Of a DNA stretch of 64,000 nt, positions 58,843 to 64,000 are shown in pieces. A program made the translations under genes and the position numbers. The stretch's first letter is position 1. The number at the start of each line of letters is the position of its first letter. This DNA comes from Candidatus Thorarchaeota archaeon (GTDB lineage: Archaea > Asgardarchaeota > Thorarchaeia > Thorarchaeales > Thorarchaeaceae): positions 32,001 through 96,000 of the forward strand of contig JBHLRS010000009.1 of NCBI GenBank assembly GCA_048882325.1, in the 5' to 3' direction. The notes beneath the pieces were generated by a model. The model did no database searches and was not told where the DNA came from. It saw nothing but the letters and a program-made list of their open reading frames with translations.

Positions 58843-59478
58843 ATGAGTAAGATTCTCCCTGGCACAAAGACCACTCGCATGGAACTACTCGCACTGAAGA
58901 ATAGAATGCGGCTAGCTGAGAGGGGGCATGATCTTCTGCGAGAGAAACGAGACTCACTCATTATGGAGTTCTTTAATGCTATTGCAGAAATAAAAGAAGC
59001 CAGAGAAAAAGTTGATGCTGCACTTAATGAAGCATTCTCAGCACTCACCCAAGCAAAGATGGTAATGGGCCCAGCAAGAGTAGTCGAGTTCGCATATGCA
59101 AGTAGATTCGAGGCAAATCTTAGTATCTCAACCAGATCAATGATGGGAGTTAGAGTGCCAGTCCTGTCAGTGGAGCAACACACCCCTGACCTTCCCTACT
59201 CACTCTCAGACTCAAGCGCAAAATTTGATGTCATGAGTGAGAAGTTCAAGGAAGCACTGAACGCCATTGTTCGTCTGGCTGAGATTGAGTCTACAGTGAA
59301 ACGTCTCGCACTTGAAATTGAGCGTACAAAGCGGCGAGTGTCTGCCTTAGAAACAGTGGTAATTCCTCGACTTGATGCAACTGCTCGTTTCGTAAAGCTA
59401 GCACTCGAAGAACGTGAACGTGAGGACTTTGTTAGACTGAAGATGGTCCGTGATTGGATTACTGCTGAAGAAGAATGA
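58843..59478 (+). CDS. atpD: A/V-type ATP synthase subunit D
   Basis: TRMELL.LK...A.RGH.LL.EKRD.L; EIERTKRRVSALE..VIP. Confidence 0.95.
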   Translation: MSKILPGTKTTRMELLALKNRMRLAERGHDLLREKRDSLIMEFFNAIAEIKEAREKVDAALNEAFSALTQAKMVMGPARVVEFAYASRFEANLSISTRSMMGVRVPVLSVEQHTPDLPYSLSDSSAKFDVMSEKFKEALNAIVRLAEIESTVKRLALEIERTKRRVSALETVVIPRLDATARFVKLALEEREREDFVRLKMVRDWITAEEE

Positions 59479-59506
59479 CCGAACGTATTATTTGTAATAC
59501 AAATAA

Positions 59507-59893
59507 TTAGCGTCTGAGTTTGAGGATTGCAGCAGCCAAGTCGCCTTCGGTCTCTTCCAAGGCCTGCTTAGCCACTTGAATGTCAACACCTGTTTGACTA
59601 GCAACCAAAGCTGCATCTTCCATTGGAACTTCGACCTTCTTCTCAACTTCAGGAACTGTTTCAGTTTTAGTTTCAGTACTACCTGAAGGACCTCGTTCAG
59701 TCTTTGTTCCTGCTACCTGATATGACTCACTACCACCTTGTTTGATCATCGTAACCTGAGCATTAGAGATGACCCACTCTTTGTCTGCGAAGCGGAAAAT
59801 CACTTCTTTCACACCTTCAATCTCTTTCTGCTCTATACCCATCTTCTTCATCATTCGAGCCATCTGTTTTGGCGACATTCCTCTAAATCCCAT
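59507..59893 (-). CDS. nac: nascent polypeptide-associated complex protein
   Basis: MMKKMGI, LVASQTGV, GDLAAAILKL (UBA). Confidence 0.93.
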   Translation of the reverse strand: MGFRGMSPKQMARMMKKMGIEQKEIEGVKEVIFRFADKEWVISNAQVTMIKQGGSESYQVAGTKTERGPSGSTETKTETVPEVEKKVEVPMEDAALVASQTGVDIQVAKQALEETEGDLAAAILKLRR

Positions 59894-59980
59894 ACTGACC
59901 AGTTCCGTTTCTCATCAGATAGTGCAGGTTGTTCCTTTACACGTTTTCCACACCTGCTGAATCTACAATGGATAAAACGA

Positions 59981-60820
59981 TTACGATTCGGATGTAACAA
60001 TGATGTCAAACACATAATGACCCATTCCTGGAGAATAGTTCTTGACAAGTCTGACATCAATAGCAGACTCATATCCGCGGTCCTTGGACGTACTTTTGAT
60101 TTCAGTTATGATAGTTGCTAGCCTAGTTTCTGGGGCGTTCATATGCATATGGATAACCCCCCCTTCTTCAACCAAGGTGTCGAGAGCAAAAGGAAGATAC
60201 TCGATTGTATCATGTAGATATCCCATGACAACCCGATTAGCCTCTTTCTTTGGATGAACTTCCCGGCAATCTCCAAGTATCGCTTTCACACTTTGAGTAA
60301 AACCATTCAAGGTGATATTCTCAAGTAGGAATTGGTATGCATCTTGATTAATCTCAATCGCAGTGACCTCAACCTCAGCTGCTTTCGCAATGTGAAGAGC
60401 AAATTGACCTACGCAAGAGAACATATCCACAACTTTCTCTCCATCATTGACCAGATCTGATAGACGTATTCTCTCTCTCCTGTTACCTCCTGAGAATGTT
60501 AGACGAAGTGGATCAAGGCGAAACTTGATTCCTCTCTCAACATGTGTAGTAATTGTATTACTATTCCCAGCAACCAGCTCATACGAAGGTAATCTTGTTG
60601 CACCTGCAGTGGGACCCGTTCTCACAGCGACTGACTGAATACGTGGATCGAATTCCAGGGTCTTCTCACCAATAACTGAAACATATTTCATTGTGTTAAA
60701 ATCTAGATGTAGTAGGGCAACATATCCTACGAGATGAAAACCTGAAGGTAACACAATTTCATTGGGAACTATACCATCTAATTCACGTCTGAGGAAATCT
60801 CTATACCTCATTGTTTTCAC
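59981..60820 (-). CDS. Trm5/Taw2 (Met-10+) family tRNA-modifying SAM enzyme, Taw2-like
   Basis: FSGGNRRER, DMFSCVGQF, IEIN, RVVMGY, VKNYSPG. Confidence 0.8.
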   Translation of the reverse strand: MKTMRYRDFLRRELDGIVPNEIVLPSGFHLVGYVALLHLDFNTMKYVSVIGEKTLEFDPRIQSVAVRTGPTAGATRLPSYELVAGNSNTITTHVERGIKFRLDPLRLTFSGGNRRERIRLSDLVNDGEKVVDMFSCVGQFALHIAKAAEVEVTAIEINQDAYQFLLENITLNGFTQSVKAILGDCREVHPKKEANRVVMGYLHDTIEYLPFALDTLVEEGGVIHMHMNAPETRLATIITEIKSTSKDRGYESAIDVRLVKNYSPGMGHYVFDIIVTSES

Positions 60821-60836
60821 AAATCGCTAGACCTGT

Positions 60837-62039
60837 CTAGCAGTATATGTTTCCAGGAGCTCGATCACCTGAACCCCGATCTTGGACCTTTGATATTGCC
60901 TTCCGGAAGTCATCCTGCGTAACACATGTTCTATTATCACGAATCGCGAACATACCTGCTTCTGTACAAATTGTCTTGATGTCTGCACCAGTTCTTCCAT
61001 GTGTTGCAGAGAGCAACTGGTCGAAATCAACTGTATCGTGAATATTCATTCCACGAATGTGTATCTTGAAAATCTCTTTTCTGCTCTCATCATCAGGTAA
61101 TGGAAATTCGATGATTCGATCAAATCGACCTGGTCTCAAGAGTGCTGGGTCCAAAATGTCTGGGCGATTGGTTGCACCCAGAACGGCTACTTGGCCGCGG
61201 GTCTCGAAACCATCCAACTCACTCAGAAGTTGCATCAATGTACGTTGTACTTCTCTGTCTCCTGATGTTGCAATATCAAGCCTATGAGAACCTACTGCAT
61301 CAAGTTCATCAACAAATATGATTGCTGGGGCCTTCTCTTTGGCAAGCATGAAAATTTCACGAACAAGTCGGGCTCCTTCACCAATGAACTTCTGAACCAG
61401 CTCTGAACCTATAACACGGATAAAGGTCGCATTAGTTTCTTGAGCAACAGCTCGAGCTGACAGTGTCTTACCAGTTCCTGGTTTACCTGTTAGTAAAATT
61501 CCCTTTGGTGGTTCAATACCTACTTCTTCAAACAGTTCAGGTTTCAGGAGCGGGAGTTCTACAGTTTCCCTAATTTCTCTGATTTGCTCTTGTAGACCAC
61601 CAATGTCTTGGTATGATACATTTGGAGCCTCCTCAATTTCCATGGCTCTGATTATTGGATCACGAGAGGGAGGAAGCTCCTGAGTGATTGCAAATGATCT
61701 TTGATTAAGTGCCACAAGAGCTCCAGGCTGAAGTTTGTCTTTTGGAATTGATGATGCCACATGAACGACAAAATTAGGTCCTGTGGAGCTTTTGACTATG
61801 GCTCTGCCGTCTTCAAGCATCTCAGTAATCGTGGCAGTAATGAGTGGTGACTGTCGTAATTTCTCTAGTTCAGTCCTTAAAGTCTGAGTTTCTTTCTCAA
61901 GTCGACTACGTTCAGTTTGGAGTATCTGTTTCTCAGTTTCCAATGCCCTGAGTCTACGTTCAAGATGCCTAGTGTAGCTCTGTGAGTAAGTTGAGTCATC
62001 AACGCTACTTTCGTCGTTTGTATCTGTAGTACCCGGCAT
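60837..62039 (-). CDS. pan: proteasome-activating nucleotidase
   Basis: Coiled coil and OB fold; [22 protein letters not shown]; HbYX tail IYC; start refined to ATG 62039. Confidence 0.95.
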   Translation of the reverse strand: MPGTTDTNDESSVDDSTYSQSYTRHLERRLRALETEKQILQTERSRLEKETQTLRTELEKLRQSPLITATITEMLEDGRAIVKSSTGPNFVVHVASSIPKDKLQPGALVALNQRSFAITQELPPSRDPIIRAMEIEEAPNVSYQDIGGLQEQIREIRETVELPLLKPELFEEVGIEPPKGILLTGKPGTGKTLSARAVAQETNATFIRVIGSELVQKFIGEGARLVREIFMLAKEKAPAIIFVDELDAVGSHRLDIATSGDREVQRTLMQLLSELDGFETRGQVAVLGATNRPDILDPALLRPGRFDRIIEFPLPDDESRKEIFKIHIRGMNIHDTVDFDQLLSATHGRTGADIKTICTEAGMFAIRDNRTCVTQDDFRKAISKVQDRGSGDRAPGNIYC

Positions 62040-62190
62040 TGAATGGCACCTCAGGACCTCATCCGCTGAAATTGTTTTAAGGATTGCTTTGAGGGAGCCG
62101 CTAGCAATATCTAATCTCACTTGTGTATATGTATAGTCGGCAATCTTTATCAACACACCTCGATTCAATAACAAACTGAGGGAATCTGCT

Positions 62191-62781
62191 ATGCCCAGTT
62201 GTGAACTATGTGGCAGAAACATGAAGGGTCGCGGTCGAAACGTGACAATTGAAGGAGCTTCAATGCTAGTTTGCCCCCAGTGTGCCTCCAAATTTGGTGG
62301 TCCGTCCACATCTTCCGAATCTCGATTATCATCTACTCCCAAAACGCGCCCTTCCTGGACTGGTGGTCCTGAAAAACAGACACCTTCGTCTAGTGGACCA
62401 AGAAGGGTTTCCGCTCCAAAACCCAAGCCCAGAACCAGATCGGGTGTTTTGATTGATGATATGGAACTTATCGAAGACTATGCACAAAAAATCCGGACTG
62501 CTAGACAAAAGAAAGGCTATTCTCAAGAAGAACTAGCTCAGAAGATTGGCGAGAGAATCTCAACACTACAATCAATCGAATCAGGCCGATTAAAACCGAC
62601 AGGCAAAACAATACGTGGTCTTGAACGAGAACTCGATATATCACTCCTTGAAGCAGTCGGGACATCGCCAATTAAGGTGAGTAAAAGTAGGTCAAGTGCT
62701 GGCCCTACTCTTGGAGATAGAGTTGTTGTGAAGAGAAAAATGTCGCAGAAGACACGACAAGAAGATACCGAAGCGAAGTGA
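62191..62781 (+). CDS. mbf1: archaeal multiprotein bridging factor aMBF1
   Basis: CELCG...VC..C Zn ribbon, XRE HTH, TLGD. Confidence 0.93.
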   Translation: MPSCELCGRNMKGRGRNVTIEGASMLVCPQCASKFGGPSTSSESRLSSTPKTRPSWTGGPEKQTPSSSGPRRVSAPKPKPRTRSGVLIDDMELIEDYAQKIRTARQKKGYSQEELAQKIGERISTLQSIESGRLKPTGKTIRGLERELDISLLEAVGTSPIKVSKSRSSAGPTLGDRVVVKRKMSQKTRQEDTEAK

Positions 62782-62891
62782 ATATATAGTATCTGGACGT
62801 ATAATATTATAGGTGTAAATTTCCACTGCGGATGTTTTCGCTATTATCTAGGTCAGTCGACTATCCACATTACATTTGGGTGAATACTTCA

Positions 62892-63413
62892 ATGGTTCAT
62901 AGTAATTTCAATCACGACCTCTTCCGCCTTGTTGTTGAGGAAATTGCGGGTAAGGAAGGGGTAGATGTATCGACTGTCCTAGTTAACGCAGAAGAAACTA
63001 CCGACGAAGAGATCGCAACCAAAACAGATCTCAAGCTCAATATCGTACGAAGAATACTCTACAAACTCCATGATAACCATCTTGCATCATATCGACGAAT
63101 TAGGGATGCAAATACTGGCTGGTTCTTATATTACTGGAAAATTGACCCCAAAAAGGCACAAGCTTTAGTCAATAGAAAGAAGAGAATGGTACTAAATCTA
63201 CTTGAACAGAGACTTGAACACGAGAGCAATAATGATCTCTATGCTTGTGTCAATCGTGACTCATCACCGGTACCATTTGAAGAGGCAATGAACCTTTCTT
63301 TCCGTTGCCCCACTTGCAATGGACAACTAGAATTTGTAAATAATGAACAAGCAATCTCATTTTTGAGAAAACGCGTCGAAGAGCTCAAGGCTGACCTTGA
63401 AGCCACATCCTAG
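62892..63413 (+). CDS. tfe: transcription factor TFE (TFIIE alpha)
   Basis: TDEEIA, VRRILYKL, GWFLYYW, FRCPTC. Confidence 0.93.
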   Translation: MVHSNFNHDLFRLVVEEIAGKEGVDVSTVLVNAEETTDEEIATKTDLKLNIVRRILYKLHDNHLASYRRIRDANTGWFLYYWKIDPKKAQALVNRKKRMVLNLLEQRLEHESNNDLYACVNRDSSPVPFEEAMNLSFRCPTCNGQLEFVNNEQAISFLRKRVEELKADLEATS

Positions 63414-63490
63414 ACAATAGTACGATTACTTCTTCTTTTCTACAAAAGGTACTTAGCACAACTCAGAAACATGTAGTTTGGGGTTCCCAA

Positions 63491-64000
63491 TTGAAGACCA
63501 TTGTTCTGCTTTCAAAGGCATATGGCTCATACCGAGGACGATTATTAGAAACTGTCAGATCCGAAGTTTCAGAGATGATAGCAGAACTTGATGCTGAAAT
63601 TGTTGGTATTGGTACCGACAGCAAGAATCACATCACAGTGAAAATTCGGGGTGATGATGAGGAGTTCGTAGCCAATGTACTCGTTAAAGAGTACGGAAAT
63701 TCACTCCAATCAGAAAGTCTTGTCCCAAACAAGACATACTTTGGTCAACTCTTAGATGTTGGAAAGGTAGGGTATGGAATATACTCTGACATAGGTGTCA
63801 CTGACTCAAAAAGAATGGATGCATTAGTCCCACTTCATCGGTTACGTGAGCAGCTTGATTTGAATGGTCCGCTCAAGACAATCATTGATGTATTTGTACT
63901 TGTAGATCATCTCCCCGTAGAAGTGAATCTCACAAGTATTGATTTGTATAGTGAAAGGGTAGAAGCTGATCTTAGTGAAACGACATTAACGCGAATCACC
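63491..64000 (+). CDS. DUF2110-family protein, partial; runs off the window
   Basis: Manual translation from TTG 63491: KAYG...GDDEEF..N.L.KEYG...DVGKVGYGIYSDIG; usual position after tfe. Confidence 0.75.
   Translation, partial: MKTIVLLSKAYGSYRGRLLETVRSEVSEMIAELDAEIVGIGTDSKNHITVKIRGDDEEFVANVLVKEYGNSLQSESLVPNKTYFGQLLDVGKVGYGIYSDIGVTDSKRMDALVPLHRLREQLDLNGPLKTIIDVFVLVDHLPVEVNLTSIDLYSERVEADLSETTLTRIT

Noticed and set aside
62040-62426. Long N-terminal extensions in the ORF track (pan; also the HD protein, GPN GTPase, rfcS and the 57353 ATPase)
   Set aside because: They overlap neighbouring genes or promoters; downstream starts match RBSs or family N-termini

Overview
Archaeal chromosomal segment, most likely Asgard archaea (Thorarchaeia-like). 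This assignment is inferred from gene content: tandem Roadblock protein, MglA-type GTPase, DENN-like protein, Rpo8 and intron-containing tRNAs. The window is mostly core machinery: replication and repair (orc1/cdc6, rfcS/L, GINS, mcm, hel308, nurA-herA), transcription (tfb paralogue, rpo8, tfe, mbf1), translation and tRNA modification, and central metabolism. It has three tRNAs: Pro-GGG with two introns, Glu-CTC with an intron at 10/11, and Gly-CCC. The main signals outside the ORF track are: (1) a probable replication origin at 48.35-48.8 kb, with inverted ORBs around an AT-rich core, about 18 kb from cdc6 and interleaved with a repeated GAACACGTGTTC palindrome; (2) a second ORB inside an 11-copy GTGAA/TTCAC array upstream of a winged-helix gene; (3) a ~185-nt rod-shaped ncRNA with a C-rich anti-SD-like loop at 53.9-54.1 kb; (4) a K-turn/box C/D sRNA upstream of cdc6; (5) a Roadblock-DENN-GTPase operon; (6) dispersed parts of a possible DNA-transfer apparatus (membrane-anchored HerA/VirB4-like ATPase, TadA-like ATPase with Flp-like pilin, VirB2-like pilin); (7) an AAA+ / ribbon-helix-helix pair near the origin. 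No CRISPR array, integrase or transposase was seen. All family calls come from reading motifs by eye; no database searches were run.
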